Source: an uncultured Desulfobacter sp. (GTDB lineage: Bacteria > Desulfobacterota > Desulfobacteria > Desulfobacterales > Desulfobacteraceae). From it: a DNA stretch of 64,000 nucleotides. Of this stretch, positions 14,650-26,347 are shown one piece after another. The position numbers were made by a program, and so were the translations under genes. The stretch spans positions 6,240,001 through 6,304,000 of the forward strand of contig OY762069.1 of NCBI GenBank assembly GCA_963665095.1. Direction: 5' to 3'. The number at the start of each line of letters is the position of its first letter. Positions within the stretch are counted from its first letter, which is position 1. The notes below the pieces were generated by a model. The model did not search any database, had not been told where the DNA came from, and saw nothing but the letters and a program-made list of their open reading frames with translations.

Positions 14650-15549
14650 ATGACAGAGCCGAGAAAAATTAAAGTTTTGCTTGCTTATGACGGGTCTCAT
14701 CTTGCAGTGGATTCAGTTCAATATGTTGGAGACGTTTTCCCCAGCGAAAGGACACAGGTGGTCATCTTCTATGTTGAAACCAAGCTGCCCAAAGCTTTCT
14801 GGTGCATGGAGAAAGATCTTGATTTTCGGTTTAAGACACCGGAAATAAGGGCTGGTATGGCCGAAAGAAAGAAGAATATCAATCTTGCCATGGACAAGGC
14901 AAAAAATATTCTTTTAGATGCAGGGTTCCCTGCCGATGCAATTCAGACCAGGGTTCATATAAAAAAACACGGCATTGTTCAGGACATTGTCGAAGAGTCT
15001 TATCATGATTACGATGCCATTGTTATGGGTAGAAAGGGGAAAAGTCCGGTCAAGGATTTTTTCGTAAACAGTCTGCCTGTCAAACTTTTGGGAAGAATAA
15101 AAAATATTCCGTTAATTGTGGTGGGTAAAAAACCGGAGTACAAAAATATTCTTATAGCCTACGACGGTACCCGGGCCATTACCAAAGCCGTAAAATCTTT
15201 AAGTTCCCTTGTTAAGACAGGTCCGGGCTGTAAATTGATGTTGTGTTATTCCCAGCATAAAACCCGCCTGATTCCGGCACCAAAACAGAAGCAGTCCTCT
15301 GAGATGTTTGATCTCTCTGTGGAATATCTTATGGAAGCCGGGTTTACCAAGGAGCAGGTGGCCTTTGAAATTATTGAGGGGGAGAAAAATCCCACCTGCT
15401 GTATTCTTAATAAAGCACGGTACGGCGGCTACGGCACCATCGTCATTGGCAGACGCGGCCTGTCTACCCTGAAACGGCTATTTTTTATGCGGGTGGGGAA
15501 TAAAATTTTTAGAAATGCAGGCAACCATGTTGTCTGGGTGGTTCAATAG
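14650..15549 (+). CDS. tandem universal stress protein (USP) domain protein
   Basis: two LLAYDGS/LIAYDGT starts and IVMGRKG/IVIGRRG motifs; AAGGAG RBS before ATG 14650. Confidence 0.85.
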   Translation: MTEPRKIKVLLAYDGSHLAVDSVQYVGDVFPSERTQVVIFYVETKLPKAFWCMEKDLDFRFKTPEIRAGMAERKKNINLAMDKAKNILLDAGFPADAIQTRVHIKKHGIVQDIVEESYHDYDAIVMGRKGKSPVKDFFVNSLPVKLLGRIKNIPLIVVGKKPEYKNILIAYDGTRAITKAVKSLSSLVKTGPGCKLMLCYSQHKTRLIPAPKQKQSSEMFDLSVEYLMEAGFTKEQVAFEIIEGEKNPTCCILNKARYGGYGTIVIGRRGLSTLKRLFFMRVGNKIFRNAGNHVVWVVQ

Positions 15550-16037
15550 GTTATTTTTTAACTTGTTTTAAGCCGGCAGGTTGTAACCATAAGGCTTTAT
15601 CTGCCGGTAAAGTTAAAAATGCTATATTCGATATTTTTTCTGATTCAGGTATGAGCCGCTGTCTAAAACGAGGTTCATACCTGTCATTTCGGCATGTCTT
15701 AAAATAATAAAAAGACCAAAATCCCATTAAAATTATAAATAATTAGCAATTAATTGTTTATAATTTTAAATTGGGGCTTGATTAATATTAAAAAATCTGA
15801 AATGAATGTGTCTTTTGAAAATGAAGTGCAGATTCTGCTTTTTATTTTCACCTTTCCCGACTGTCTATTGGGCGTATTCAGCTTATGTCAGATTTTTTTA
15901 ACTGACAACTGGATATTTCTCTGGCCGCTAAATTGGCCGGCAGCCGGGAGATGTATTTAATTTTGGGATGGACTTTTTTATGCTGCCCATTATTTTACGC
16001 GATACATGGTGATCAGCAACAAGGTGTATAAGAATTT

Positions 16038-17408
16038 ATGGGTTTATTCAAATTAAAGGGATTTCCAGGCACCGGCAGTTTCCCTCATGGTGTTCACCCT
16101 CCGGACAATAAAGAGTTGGCTTGCAACGCTCCTGTTGAAGTAATGAACACGCCTAAAACTGTAACCCTGCCGCTGCTTCAGCATCTTGGCGTACCCTGCA
16201 AGCAGGTGGTCAAGTTCAAGGAACAAGTCAGTTTCGGACAGATGGTAGGTAAAGGCGAGGCCTTTGTTTCCGCGTCACTGCATTCACCTATTTCAGGTGT
16301 GGTGAAAAAGAATACAGTGGTCACCCTGCCCAATGGCAGGCGTCTTGACGCGATTACAATTGATGCTGAAGGGGAACAGGTCTCTGCTGAACAGATCTGG
16401 AACGATACAAAGGAAAGGGATTGGCCAAGAGACGGTTTTTCAAGTTATGCCCCCCACGACATTGTCAGCAAAATTCAGGAATCCGGCATTGTTGGATTGG
16501 GCGGGGCGGCATTCCCCACTCATGTAAAAGTTATGCCTAATGATACCAGGATGATTGATACCCTGATGGTTAACGGGTGTGAGTGCGAGCCCTATCTGAC
16601 CTGTGATTACAGGCTGATGCTTGAAGCGCCGCATATTGTTGTAACAGGAGCGCTTTTAACAGGCCGGGCGGTATCTGCCAGGGAGATTGTTATCTGTGTG
16701 GAAGATAACAAGCCCGAGGCGATCAGACGCCTGAAACAGGCCGCTGAGAAGACAGTGGTGCAGGTGGTTGCCTTGAAGACCAAGTACCCCCAGGGCAGTG
16801 AAAAACAGCTTGTCAAAGCCGTACTCGGTCTGGAAATACCCCTGGGCGGCCTGCCCGCCGATGCCGGGGTGGCAATGAGTAACGTGCAGACCATGGCTAC
16901 CGTGGCTCGAAGCCTTGTCAAAGGTTCTCCCCTGACCCACCGGGTTATCAGTGTGTCAGGACGGGGCATCGTCAATCCAAAAAATATTTTTGCACCCATT
17001 GGCGTCTCTTTGGCAGAGGTGGTTGATTTCTGCGGAGGCCTGACACCGGATGCAGCCCGGATTATTTCCGGCGGCCCCATGATGGGTTTTGCCTTTTCCG
17101 ATCTTTCGGCTCCGGTGACCAAGGGGACCTCCGGGTTGACCATCCTCACCCATGATGAAGTCAGAAAAAGTGAGGAAGAAACCAGTTGTGTCCGCTGCGG
17201 ACGCTGTGTGGACGCCTGTCCCATGAACCTTGTACCAACAAGACTTGCCCTTGCGGCCCGGTACAAGAACCCGGAACTGGCAAGTCAATACCATATCCGA
17301 GCCTGTGTTGAATGCGGCTGCTGTACGTATGTATGCCCGGCCAAGCTGAATCTGGTCCAGCTGATCCGCTCAGGCAAAGCCCAGGTCAATGCCTGGGAGA
17401 AACGCTGA
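16038..17408 (+). CDS. rnfC: Rnf electron transport complex subunit C
   Basis: GLGGAAFPTHVK, NGCECEPYLT, KYPQGSEKQL, two 4Fe-4S motifs. Confidence 0.95.
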   Translation: MGLFKLKGFPGTGSFPHGVHPPDNKELACNAPVEVMNTPKTVTLPLLQHLGVPCKQVVKFKEQVSFGQMVGKGEAFVSASLHSPISGVVKKNTVVTLPNGRRLDAITIDAEGEQVSAEQIWNDTKERDWPRDGFSSYAPHDIVSKIQESGIVGLGGAAFPTHVKVMPNDTRMIDTLMVNGCECEPYLTCDYRLMLEAPHIVVTGALLTGRAVSAREIVICVEDNKPEAIRRLKQAAEKTVVQVVALKTKYPQGSEKQLVKAVLGLEIPLGGLPADAGVAMSNVQTMATVARSLVKGSPLTHRVISVSGRGIVNPKNIFAPIGVSLAEVVDFCGGLTPDAARIISGGPMMGFAFSDLSAPVTKGTSGLTILTHDEVRKSEEETSCVRCGRCVDACPMNLVPTRLALAARYKNPELASQYHIRACVECGCCTYVCPAKLNLVQLIRSGKAQVNAWEKR

Positions 17409-17485
17409 TAAGACGTAGAAGACGTCGGCGTATCGGCGTTTTTGTAAATAAAAATTACCAGACTAATTGATACAAGGAACAAAAC

Positions 17486-18502
17486 GTGTCAGACACAAAT
17501 AGACAGATAGATACAACTATGCTGCCTGAAGACCAAGACGGACGTAAACCGCCTTTTATCCACGTGGCACCGTCACCTCATATTTCGGATGACAAAGCAA
17601 CCACGCGTCGGATGATGGTGGATGTCATACTCGGGCTGACGCCTGCTATAGTTGTCTCACTTTATTTATTCCGGTTTTATGCCCTTAAGCAGATTGTTGT
17701 CTGTGTGGCGGCCTGCCTTGCTGCAGAATATCTTTTTGTCCGCATGAGAGGGAAATCTTTTACCTTAAAAGACTGTTCAGCCATTGTCACCGGTGTGATT
17801 CTGGGCCTTTCTCTTCCAGGCTCCGCACCCTGGTTTGTGGGTGCGCTGGCCGGATTTGTGGGTATCGGCATCGGTAAAATCATATTTGGCGGCGTGGGCA
17901 TGAATATTTTCAACCCTGCCATGGTGGGTCGTGCCTTTGTGATGATTGCCTTTGCCTCACTCATGGGGGCAGGCGCCTATGAAAATGTCACAGGCCTGGT
18001 GGATGCCGTATCCGGTGCAACACCTTTAAGCGCATTAAAATTCAATGATGCCGCCACAGGGATTGCACCCTTGTTCTTAGGCGTCACCAATGGGTCCATT
18101 GGTGAGGTCAGTGCCATTGCCTGTCTGCTCGGCGGCATTTACCTGATCTACAGAAAAACCGCATCCTGGCAGATTCCGGTGAGCATTCTCCTCACCGTTG
18201 TCGTGATTGCGGGTGGTACCGATCTGGTCGGGGGACACAAAGGGCTTTTCCTGCTTCACCACCTGTTTGCAGGGGCCTTGATGTTCGGCGCCTTTTTCAT
18301 TGCCACGGATCCTGTGACCTCTCCGTTAACAGCCAAAGGCAAGGTGATCTTTGGTGTGGGAACCGGCTGTCTGATCATGGTAATCCGGCTTTTTTCAGGA
18401 TATCCCGAAGGTGTCATGTTTGCCGTATTGATCATGAATGCCCTGACCCCGCTGATTAACCGCTGGACCATTCCGCAACCCATGGGACAAAGAGAGGCCT
18501 GA
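17486..18502 (+). CDS. rnfD: Rnf complex subunit D
   Basis: FNPAMVGRAF, SGATPL (FMN site), ATDPVTSP, GYPEGV. Confidence 0.95.
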   Translation: MSDTNRQIDTTMLPEDQDGRKPPFIHVAPSPHISDDKATTRRMMVDVILGLTPAIVVSLYLFRFYALKQIVVCVAACLAAEYLFVRMRGKSFTLKDCSAIVTGVILGLSLPGSAPWFVGALAGFVGIGIGKIIFGGVGMNIFNPAMVGRAFVMIAFASLMGAGAYENVTGLVDAVSGATPLSALKFNDAATGIAPLFLGVTNGSIGEVSAIACLLGGIYLIYRKTASWQIPVSILLTVVVIAGGTDLVGGHKGLFLLHHLFAGALMFGAFFIATDPVTSPLTAKGKVIFGVGTGCLIMVIRLFSGYPEGVMFAVLIMNALTPLINRWTIPQPMGQREA

Positions 18503-18503
18503 T

Positions 18504-19202
18504 ATGATGTCATTGAAAAATAATAATCTGGTTCAGGCCTGGCTTGTGCTGCTGCTTGCCACGGTGTTCGGTACAGCGCTTGCCGGCATCCAGGCAAAGC
18601 TTGGGCCTGTGATTGAGGATAACAAGGTTAAAGAGACCATGGCAAAAATTCCCGGGCTGGTACTGGGAGAAGACCTGGCGGCAGAGATTGCTGCTGACAA
18701 CCAGTCTTTAACCATTAAGCCCCGGACCATTGAAGTCAACAAAAACGGCACCACTAAATATTACACTGTATATGATGCTTGGCTGCCCGACGGAAAAATG
18801 GCCGGCCATGTGGTCAAAGCAGACGGCCAGGGCTACGCCGATAAAATCGAATTGCTCATCGGCCTTGATGCCGAAGGCAAAAGCATCACAGGGCTGTTTG
18901 TCCTGGATCAGAAAGAGACGCCGGGCCTGGGTGCAAAAATTCTTGAAGATGACTGGCGGGGCCAGTTCAAGGAGAAATCCACAGCCAAGAGTCTTTCCGT
19001 TGTGAAAGGCGGCGGTGCCAAGGAAGATGAGATTGATGCCATTTCCGGTGCCACCATCTCTTCAAGAAGCGTAACAGGCATTGTCAATGCCACGGTTGCC
19101 AATATCGCTTCCCAGCTTGCGGTAACCGGCGATCCTGAAAAAAATGATACTAACCAGGCGGTTCAAGAAGAGGAACCCGGAAAAGTTGAGGAGCGTTCCT
19201 GA
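18504..19202 (+). CDS. rnfG: Rnf complex subunit G (FMN-binding)
   Basis: N-terminal TM helix, ETPGLG, DAISGATISS. Confidence 0.92.
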   Translation: MMSLKNNNLVQAWLVLLLATVFGTALAGIQAKLGPVIEDNKVKETMAKIPGLVLGEDLAAEIAADNQSLTIKPRTIEVNKNGTTKYYTVYDAWLPDGKMAGHVVKADGQGYADKIELLIGLDAEGKSITGLFVLDQKETPGLGAKILEDDWRGQFKEKSTAKSLSVVKGGGAKEDEIDAISGATISSRSVTGIVNATVANIASQLAVTGDPEKNDTNQAVQEEEPGKVEERS

Positions 19203-19819
19203 TGGCTGATCAACCTACAGCAACAGAGAGATTTGTACAGGGGATTCTGCCCGAGAACCCGGTTTACCGGCAGCTTTTGGGACTGTGTGCCACCCTGGCT
19301 GTTACCAACGGCATGAAGCCGGCTCTCACCATGGCCGTGTGTGTGGCCTTTGTTCTGGTGGGTGCCAATGTGGTGATCAGTCTGATCCGGGATCTGTTAA
19401 AACCCCATCTGCGGATCGTGGTGTTTACCCTGACCATTGCCACCTTTGTTACGGTGGCGGACCGGGCGCTTGCCGCCTACATGTTCCAGATGAGCAAAAC
19501 CCTTGGGCCCTATATCCCCCTGATTATCGTAAACTGCCTGATCATCTGCCGGTGTGAGGTCTGTGCCTCCAAGCAGAATGTGTTTGTGGCAGCTGCCGAC
19601 GGTTTAGGCCAGTCCATCGGCTTTGGTCTGGCTCTGGCAAGTATTGCCGCTGTCCGTGAAATTTTGGGCACGGGCATGCTCATGGGATTCAGGGTATTGC
19701 CTGCCTGTTGGCCGGACTGGGTTATTATGGTGCTGCCTCCGGGTGCATTTATCACTCTGGGACTGCTGCTTGGTCTGGTGAACTATTTTGATTTTAAGAG
19801 GGAAGAAGCGGGCAAATGA
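19202..19819 (+). CDS. rnfE: Rnf complex subunit E
   Basis: ENPVYRQLLGLCATLAVT, IPLIIVNC, PPGAF. Confidence 0.93.
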   Translation: MADQPTATERFVQGILPENPVYRQLLGLCATLAVTNGMKPALTMAVCVAFVLVGANVVISLIRDLLKPHLRIVVFTLTIATFVTVADRALAAYMFQMSKTLGPYIPLIIVNCLIICRCEVCASKQNVFVAAADGLGQSIGFGLALASIAAVREILGTGMLMGFRVLPACWPDWVIMVLPPGAFITLGLLLGLVNYFDFKREEAGK

Positions 19820-19891
19820 ACCTGATTGAGTGTAATCTTCATTTGTTTCAAAAGTGCTTGATGAAAATATACAAAGATTGAGGCGGGTCTA

Positions 19892-20701
19892 ATGGACTAT
19901 TTTGTGGATATCCTGCTGATTGCCCTGTCAGCATCAATAATTAATAACTTTATATTTTACTACTTTGTTGGTATCTGCCCGTTTGTGGGTGTATCCAGGA
20001 AAGTGGATATGGCCTTCGGCATGGGCTGTGCCGTGACCTTTGTCATGAGCATTGCAGCGTTTTTGTCCTGGGGCATCACCGTATTTGTTTTGATTCCGGG
20101 CGCACCGGTATCAACCTTTATTGCAAGTTTCTTTACCACACCCGAGGCTGCCGCGCAGATTGACCTGACAGTTTTAAGTTACATTGTATACATATTTGCC
20201 ATTGCCTCTTCGGTTCAGTTTGTAGAGATGTATGTCAGAAAGTTTTTTCCGCCGTTATACCAATCCTTCGGCGTGTTTCTGCCGCTGATCACCACCAACT
20301 GCGCCATCCTTTTTGCCTGTCTGACCATCATGAGTCATGTGGCCGGTGTGGATAACCCCAAAGATGTGTGGGATCTTGGCAAAGCCATGGCTCTGGCCCT
20401 TTTTGGCGGTCTTGGATTTACCATTGCCATCGTGATCATGGCAGGTATCCGGGAAGAACTCGAACTTTGCGATATCCCCAAGCCCTTCGAGGGTGCAGCC
20501 ATTACGCTGGTTATCGGCGGCATCATTGCCATTGCCTTCATGGGTTTCACCGGCGTTGATTCCGGAGTCAGAGATGCGCTGAAACCTCCGGTTGAAGCAG
20601 CCGAGAAGATCGAGACACCTGCTGCTTCTGGACAGTCACAAAGTGTTGCATTCATTGAATTCAAAGGCCATACCATTGGCCAGGGGGTGACGTTACCATG
20701 A
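19892..20701 (+). CDS. rnfA: Rnf complex subunit A
   Basis: [28 protein letters not shown]; carries a hydrophilic C-terminal tail. Confidence 0.93.
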   Translation: MDYFVDILLIALSASIINNFIFYYFVGICPFVGVSRKVDMAFGMGCAVTFVMSIAAFLSWGITVFVLIPGAPVSTFIASFFTTPEAAAQIDLTVLSYIVYIFAIASSVQFVEMYVRKFFPPLYQSFGVFLPLITTNCAILFACLTIMSHVAGVDNPKDVWDLGKAMALALFGGLGFTIAIVIMAGIREELELCDIPKPFEGAAITLVIGGIIAIAFMGFTGVDSGVRDALKPPVEAAEKIETPAASGQSQSVAFIEFKGHTIGQGVTLP

Positions 20702-21516
20702 TGATTTCCCTTGGAATCGCCGGCGGAAGTATGCTGGTGATGGCCGTTATTTTTTCCTATATTCTGGGATGGGCCAATAAAAAATTTCATGTTGAAGTGG
20801 ATCCTAAAATCGAAGAGGTCACCGAGGCCCTGCCCGGTGCCAACTGCGGCGGTTGCGGATACCTTGGCTGTTCTGATTATGCGGTGGCCATTGTCATGGA
20901 CCATGACCCTGTGAACAAATGTACTGTTGGCGGGGAGGCTAGCGCCAAAGCCATTGCCGATCTCATGGGTGTGGATGTGGGTGAGATGGTTCCGCCCCAT
21001 GCTGTTGTTCATTGCAGTGCGCCGGCATCCAGGCGGATCGGCATGACCGAGTACCGTGGTGAACAGCGCTGCTCATCTGCTGCCCAGGTGGCGGGTGTTC
21101 AGGCTTGCACATTCGGGTGCTTAGGCTTTGGGGATTGTGTCCAGGCGTGTAATTATGATGCCATTCATATTGTGGATGGACTGGCCCAGGTTGATTTTGA
21201 AAAATGTATTGGCTGCGGTGCCTGCACCAAGGTCTGCCCCAGGGGGATTATCTCGGTTGTCGGTTTTCAGGAACCCAGCATTCCTGTGGTGGCCTGCTCT
21301 AATAAAGACAAGGCAAAAGATGCCAAGGCGGTTTGCAAAAATGCCTGCGTTGGCTGCAAGGCCTGCGCTAAACTGTCAGATATATTTGTTGTTGCTAATA
21401 ATCTTTCCAAATGCAGCTATGATGATTACTCTGCTGAAAAGTATGAAGAGGCCCTAAAGGCAGTGGAGAAGTGCCCCACAGGCTGCATTCATTTTATGGG
21501 TAAAACCGAAGCATAA
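20698..21516 (+). CDS. rnfB: Rnf complex subunit B
   Basis: [14 protein letters not shown] and several ferredoxin motifs. Confidence 0.93.
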   Translation: MMISLGIAGGSMLVMAVIFSYILGWANKKFHVEVDPKIEEVTEALPGANCGGCGYLGCSDYAVAIVMDHDPVNKCTVGGEASAKAIADLMGVDVGEMVPPHAVVHCSAPASRRIGMTEYRGEQRCSSAAQVAGVQACTFGCLGFGDCVQACNYDAIHIVDGLAQVDFEKCIGCGACTKVCPRGIISVVGFQEPSIPVVACSNKDKAKDAKAVCKNACVGCKACAKLSDIFVVANNLSKCSYDDYSAEKYEEALKAVEKCPTGCIHFMGKTEA

Positions 21517-21567
21517 TTCTTAATAAATAAAGCAGGTATGTGGCGCCCTCTTGTCCACATTCTGTCC

Positions 21568-21612
21568 CAAATAAAAAAAGCTGATGATCGATCGTCATCA
21601 GCTTTTTTATTT
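21568..21612. terminator. bidirectional intrinsic terminator between rnfB and ppk1
   Basis: AAATAAAAAAAGCTGATGA-tcgatcg-TCATCAGCTTTTTTATTT. Confidence 0.85.
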
Positions 21613-21640
21613 GTCACAATGGCTATGGCCTGTTCAAACA

Positions 21641-23899
21641 CTATAATTTTTTTACCTTTTTTCTAACCTTATGAAACCGCTTCTGCCGGGTTTTCAGCAG
21701 CTCCGGGCGTAGGGCTGAGCCCCTGCCGGACAGGCTCGGGTTGGTCATGAAAAAGTTATGGGCGTTGAAGGGCTCTTTCCCCGGGGGCATCCGGGTATAC
21801 GTTCCGTCGGGGTTCAATATCCAGCTTTGCTCATTATCTCGTAAATTGGCCACCATGATCTGATCAAGCACCTGCTGATGAACCGTTGGATTAAGGATCG
21901 GCACCAGGGTTTCAATGCGGCGGTCAAGATTTCTGGGCATCCAGTCCGCAGAGGAAATGTAAACCTTTGCCTGGGGCGAAGGTAGCTCATATCCATTGCC
22001 AAAGCAGGCAATTCTGGAATGTTCAAGGAATCGGCCCACAATAGATTTTACCCGGATATTTTCGCTGAAGCCGGGAATCCCTGGCCGCAGGCAGCATATG
22101 CCGCGAATAACCAGATCCACATGGACCCCTGCCTGGGACGCCGCGTACAGGGCATCAATTATTTCAGGGTCAACCAGCGAGTTCATTTTTGCCCAGATCT
22201 GGGCCGGTTTCCCCTGTTGTGCAAATTCGATTTCGCGCTGGATATCGTCAAGGATGCGCGTGCGCATGGTTAATGGTGCAATATCAAGGATATCCAGGTT
22301 CACAGGCCTGGCATATCCAGTCATGTAATTGAAAATCTGCATGACTTCAGAGCAGATTTTAGGATTATGCGTAAAAAAGGAGAGGTCCGTATAAATCTTT
22401 GCTGTGATGGGATGGTAGTTTCCCGTACCAAGATGGGCGTAGGACATAAACTGCCCCTCTTCCCTGCGGACCACTAGAGAGAGCTTTGCATGGGTCTTGA
22501 GATCAATGATTCCATACACTACCTGGGCTCCGGCCAGCTCCAGCTTTCGGGCCAGTTCAATATTGGCTTCCTCGTCAAACCGCGCCTTAAGTTCCACCAT
22601 GGCAGTGACATTCTTTCCGACCTCAGCTGCTTCCACAAGGGCTTGGACTATGGGCGAATCTTTGCTGGTGCGGTACAGCGTCTGTTTGATGGAGACCACA
22701 TCCTTATCCTGGCTGGCCTGGCGGATAAACTGAACCACCACGTCAAAGCTTTCATAGGGGTGGTGGACAATGATGTCTTTTTTGGAAATAGCCTCAAAGC
22801 AATCTCCGCCAAAGTCCCGGATCCGTTCCGGGAATCTGGCATGGTATTTCGTAAACAGCAGATCGGGCCGATCGTCACAGATCACTTCACTGATGGCGGA
22901 CAATTCCACATGATCAGTTTTAAATACATCCTCCGGTACCATCTCAAACTGCTCTGTAATAAAAGCTGTCAGGTTGTCCGGCATGAACGTGTCCACCCGC
23001 AGTCGGATAACATTGCCGCGCCGCCTCCGGTTTAATGCAGACTGAAAGGTGCGCACCAGGTCTTCAGCCGCCTCATCTATTTCCAGCTCTGAATCCCGGA
23101 TCAGCTGGAATACGCCTGATTCTGCCAGTGTATAACCGGGGAACAGGTGGTCATAAAACATGCGTACCACTGACACCAGACGGATAAAGCGGATGTTCTC
23201 ACCGGGAAGCCGTATGTAACGCTTGAGCTGCTGGGGCAGGATAATCAGGGCGATCATGGCTTCTTTGTTGGAATCATCCGTGAGATCCAGAATCATGCCA
23301 TGTCCCAGGTTGGGGATAAAGGGAAAGGGGTGAGCCGGGTCCACTGCAAGGGGACTGAGCACGGGAAAAATTTTAGTTTGAAACTCCCTGAGCAGGCGCT
23401 CTTTGTCTTCTGCTGTGAGTTGCTCGGGTTTAGTAATGAAGATATTGGCAGCTTCCAGATCCCGGGTTAAATTTTGAATACAGTCCCGGGTCATCTGGTT
23501 CAGCTCTATAACTGTTTTTTCTATGGCGGCAAGCTGCTCTGCCGGGGTCATATTGTCCGGGCTTGCTGATGCCGCACCCCGGTGTATCTGGGCTTTAACG
23601 CCTGCCACCCGAACCATGAAAAATTCATCCAGGTTGGAAGCGGAAATGGAAAGAAAGCGAACCCGTTCCAACAGCGGATGGTTGGTATTCAGGGCCTCTT
23701 CAAGCACCCTGCGGTTAAACTGGAGCCAGGAGAGCTCCCTGTTGATAAAGCGTTTGGGCGGGTTCTGCTCAATAATTAGTTTCAGGTCATTTTCCACGGG
23801 GACCTGTTCTTCAGTCTCTTTCACGGGATTTCCTCTAATACGCGATTTTATCCTTTGTAATGGTTTCGGTAAAACCACTATATTCAGGTAACGAATCAT
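21641..23899 (-). CDS. ppk1: polyphosphate kinase 1
   Basis: [42 protein letters not shown]. Confidence 0.96.
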   Translation of the reverse strand: MIRYLNIVVLPKPLQRIKSRIRGNPVKETEEQVPVENDLKLIIEQNPPKRFINRELSWLQFNRRVLEEALNTNHPLLERVRFLSISASNLDEFFMVRVAGVKAQIHRGAASASPDNMTPAEQLAAIEKTVIELNQMTRDCIQNLTRDLEAANIFITKPEQLTAEDKERLLREFQTKIFPVLSPLAVDPAHPFPFIPNLGHGMILDLTDDSNKEAMIALIILPQQLKRYIRLPGENIRFIRLVSVVRMFYDHLFPGYTLAESGVFQLIRDSELEIDEAAEDLVRTFQSALNRRRRGNVIRLRVDTFMPDNLTAFITEQFEMVPEDVFKTDHVELSAISEVICDDRPDLLFTKYHARFPERIRDFGGDCFEAISKKDIIVHHPYESFDVVVQFIRQASQDKDVVSIKQTLYRTSKDSPIVQALVEAAEVGKNVTAMVELKARFDEEANIELARKLELAGAQVVYGIIDLKTHAKLSLVVRREEGQFMSYAHLGTGNYHPITAKIYTDLSFFTHNPKICSEVMQIFNYMTGYARPVNLDILDIAPLTMRTRILDDIQREIEFAQQGKPAQIWAKMNSLVDPEIIDALYAASQAGVHVDLVIRGICCLRPGIPGFSENIRVKSIVGRFLEHSRIACFGNGYELPSPQAKVYISSADWMPRNLDRRIETLVPILNPTVHQQVLDQIMVANLRDNEQSWILNPDGTYTRMPPGKEPFNAHNFFMTNPSLSGRGSALRPELLKTRQKRFHKVRKKVKKL

Positions 23900-24107
23900 A
23901 ATACCATTTAATTGCTAAAATTCTGTTAGGAAGTTTTAAAAAAATGCGTTGCCATGTCGGTTGCCACGGGTTAAAAAAAGTTGGAAAAATTCGTCAATAA
24001 TAGCGGTGGAAAATTGTTGCAAAGGGCTGTTCAGCAATGCTAGATTATCTGTTTCATGGCCGTTAACTTAAAAGCCGTCAAAGCAGGCGAATGCAGAAGG
24101 AGGACAG

Positions 24108-24974
24108 ATGACAGATAAAAATATCGGGTTTATAGGGCTTGGCGTTATGGGGCAAGCCATGGCCGGCCATATTCTTAAGGCCGGATATCCTGTTAAAATA
24201 TACAACCGGACAAAGGAAAAGGCAATTGCACTGGTTAAAAAAGGAGCGGTGTGGACTGACTCCGTGGCCAAGCTTTCAGCTGCATCCGATGTGGTCATTA
24301 CCATGGTGGGATACCCGGCAGATGTGGAAGAGGTGTTCCTGGGAGGGGCAGGTATACTGGAAAATGCCGCACCAGGCACCCTGGTCATCGACATGACCAC
24401 CTCAGATCCGATGCTGGCCCGGCAATTGTGGCAGACCGGCCGGGAAAACAATATCAGTGTTCTGGACGCCCCGGTTTCCGGCGGAGATATTGGTGCGCGA
24501 AACGCTACGCTGTCCATCATGGTTGGCGGAGAACCGGAAGATGTCAGCCGGGCAATGCCCCTGTTTGAAACCATGGGGAAAAACATTGTGCACCAGGGCA
24601 AAGCCGGTTGCGGCCAGCATACCAAAATGGCCAACCAGATCGCCATTGCATCCACAATGATTTCCGTGTGTGAATCCCTGTCTTATGCCGGACATGCCGG
24701 ACTGGACCCGGAAACGGTCCTTAAAAGCATTGGCCAGGGTGCGGCTGCCTCCTGGAGTCTGAATAATCTTGGTCCGAGGATGATCCAGGGGGATGAGGCT
24801 CCAGGGTTTTTCATCCGCCATTTTATCAAGGATATGGGCATTGCACTGGCTTCGGCAAAGTCCATGGGTATTAAAACCCCGGGGTTGGAAATGGCGTATT
24901 CCCTCTATAAAAAACTTGAGGATCAGGGAGATGGGCTTAAAGGGACCCAGGCCCTTTTCAAACTGTTTAAATAG
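24108..24974 (+). CDS. NAD(P)-dependent 3-hydroxyisobutyrate dehydrogenase-family oxidoreductase
   Basis: GFIGLGVMG, DAPVSGGDIGA, KMANQ, FIKDM. Confidence 0.9.
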   Translation: MTDKNIGFIGLGVMGQAMAGHILKAGYPVKIYNRTKEKAIALVKKGAVWTDSVAKLSAASDVVITMVGYPADVEEVFLGGAGILENAAPGTLVIDMTTSDPMLARQLWQTGRENNISVLDAPVSGGDIGARNATLSIMVGGEPEDVSRAMPLFETMGKNIVHQGKAGCGQHTKMANQIAIASTMISVCESLSYAGHAGLDPETVLKSIGQGAAASWSLNNLGPRMIQGDEAPGFFIRHFIKDMGIALASAKSMGIKTPGLEMAYSLYKKLEDQGDGLKGTQALFKLFK

Positions 24975-24983
24975 TGTTTTACA

Positions 24984-25025
24984 CACAACCGGCCTGCTGG
25001 AATAGTCTCCTGCAGGCCGATTGTG
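24984..25025. terminator. stem-loop between convergent genes
   Basis: CACAACCGGCCTGC...GCAGGCCGATTGTG inverted repeat. Confidence 0.55.
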
Positions 25026-25045
25026 TTTGCCTTATATCGTAATGT

Positions 25046-26278
25046 TTATTCTTCTTTAGGTCTGGGCAGTACAACGTTCAAAAGCACACCGAGAATGCCG
25101 GCAAGACCAATGCCTGACAGCTCAAAATTGCCGAATTTGATGGCCAGGCCGCCAATGCCGGAAACCAATATCAGGGAGATGATGCTTAAATTGCGCGGTG
25201 CCACAAGATCTTCGTCTGCCTGAACAAGCGTATTTAGCCCCACCACGGCAATGGCCCCGAAAAGCAGCAGCATGATGCCGCCCATGACAGGCGATGGGAT
25301 GGTCTGCAGCAGCGCCCCCAGTTTCCCCACAAAGGCCAGCAGAATGGCGGTAATGGCAGCCCAGGTCATGATGGCCGGATTAAAGGCCCGGGTGAGGGTG
25401 ACAGCTCCGGTTACTTCGGAATAGGTGGTGTTTGGCGGACCACCCAGACATGCTGCCAGGGATGTGGCAACACCGTCACCCAGCATGGTGTTCTGGATAC
25501 CCGGCTCTTTGAGGTAATCTTTCCCGGTAACCCGGCCAATGGCCACGATGTCCCCGAAATGCTCAATGGCAGGCGCAATGGCCACAGGAAGAATATAAAA
25601 AATCGCCTGAAGATTCCATTGGGGCATGACAAAGGCGGGGAGCGCCAGCCATGGTGCCTGCACTACAGCATCAAAACTGACCATGCCCATGATCAGAGCC
25701 ACAATGTACCCTACAGCAATTCCCACCAGGATGGGGATCAGTTTTAAAATACCTTTGGCAAACAAAGAGACCAGAACAGTGGTGGCCAGAGCAATAAACG
25801 CCACGGTCATGGCGGCGGCCTTGGAATAATGATCTGACCCGCTGGTGGCCATGCCCACGGCCACTGGGGCAAGCTTCAGGCCGATGACCATGATCACGGG
25901 GCCTGTGACCACAGGCGGCAATACCCGTTGGATAATCTCACTGCCCTGCAGTCTGACAAGGGTGCTTAAAATAATATACACCAGGCCGGCTGCGGCCAGG
26001 CCGCACATGGTGCCCGGGATGCCCCAGGTCTGAATCCCGTACTGGATGGGGGCGATAAAGGCAAAGGAAGATGCCAGGAATATCGGCACCTTACCCCGGG
26101 TGATCAGCTGAAAAACAAGGGTACCAAGTCCTGCCGTGAAAAGCGCCACATTGGGGTTGAGCCCTGTTAAAAGCGGCACCAGCACCAATGCACCAAATGC
26201 CACAAACAGCATCTGTGCCCCAAGAAAACAGTCTTTAATCTGGAAGTTATACTCAGTGGATGAAACATTGTCGGGCAT
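25046..26278 (-). CDS. uraA: uracil/xanthine permease (NCS2 family)
   Basis: QMLFVAFGA, SSFAFI, PNTTYSEVTG; lies downstream of upp; start chosen by RBS. Confidence 0.9.
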   Translation of the reverse strand: MPDNVSSTEYNFQIKDCFLGAQMLFVAFGALVLVPLLTGLNPNVALFTAGLGTLVFQLITRGKVPIFLASSFAFIAPIQYGIQTWGIPGTMCGLAAAGLVYIILSTLVRLQGSEIIQRVLPPVVTGPVIMVIGLKLAPVAVGMATSGSDHYSKAAAMTVAFIALATTVLVSLFAKGILKLIPILVGIAVGYIVALIMGMVSFDAVVQAPWLALPAFVMPQWNLQAIFYILPVAIAPAIEHFGDIVAIGRVTGKDYLKEPGIQNTMLGDGVATSLAACLGGPPNTTYSEVTGAVTLTRAFNPAIMTWAAITAILLAFVGKLGALLQTIPSPVMGGIMLLLFGAIAVVGLNTLVQADEDLVAPRNLSIISLILVSGIGGLAIKFGNFELSGIGLAGILGVLLNVVLPRPKEE

Positions 26279-26347
26279 TTTTTTTGTCCTTTCATTTGTG
26301 AAATTTACTGTCATTCATGCTGAATATTTTTGGTTGAGCCTTGCACG

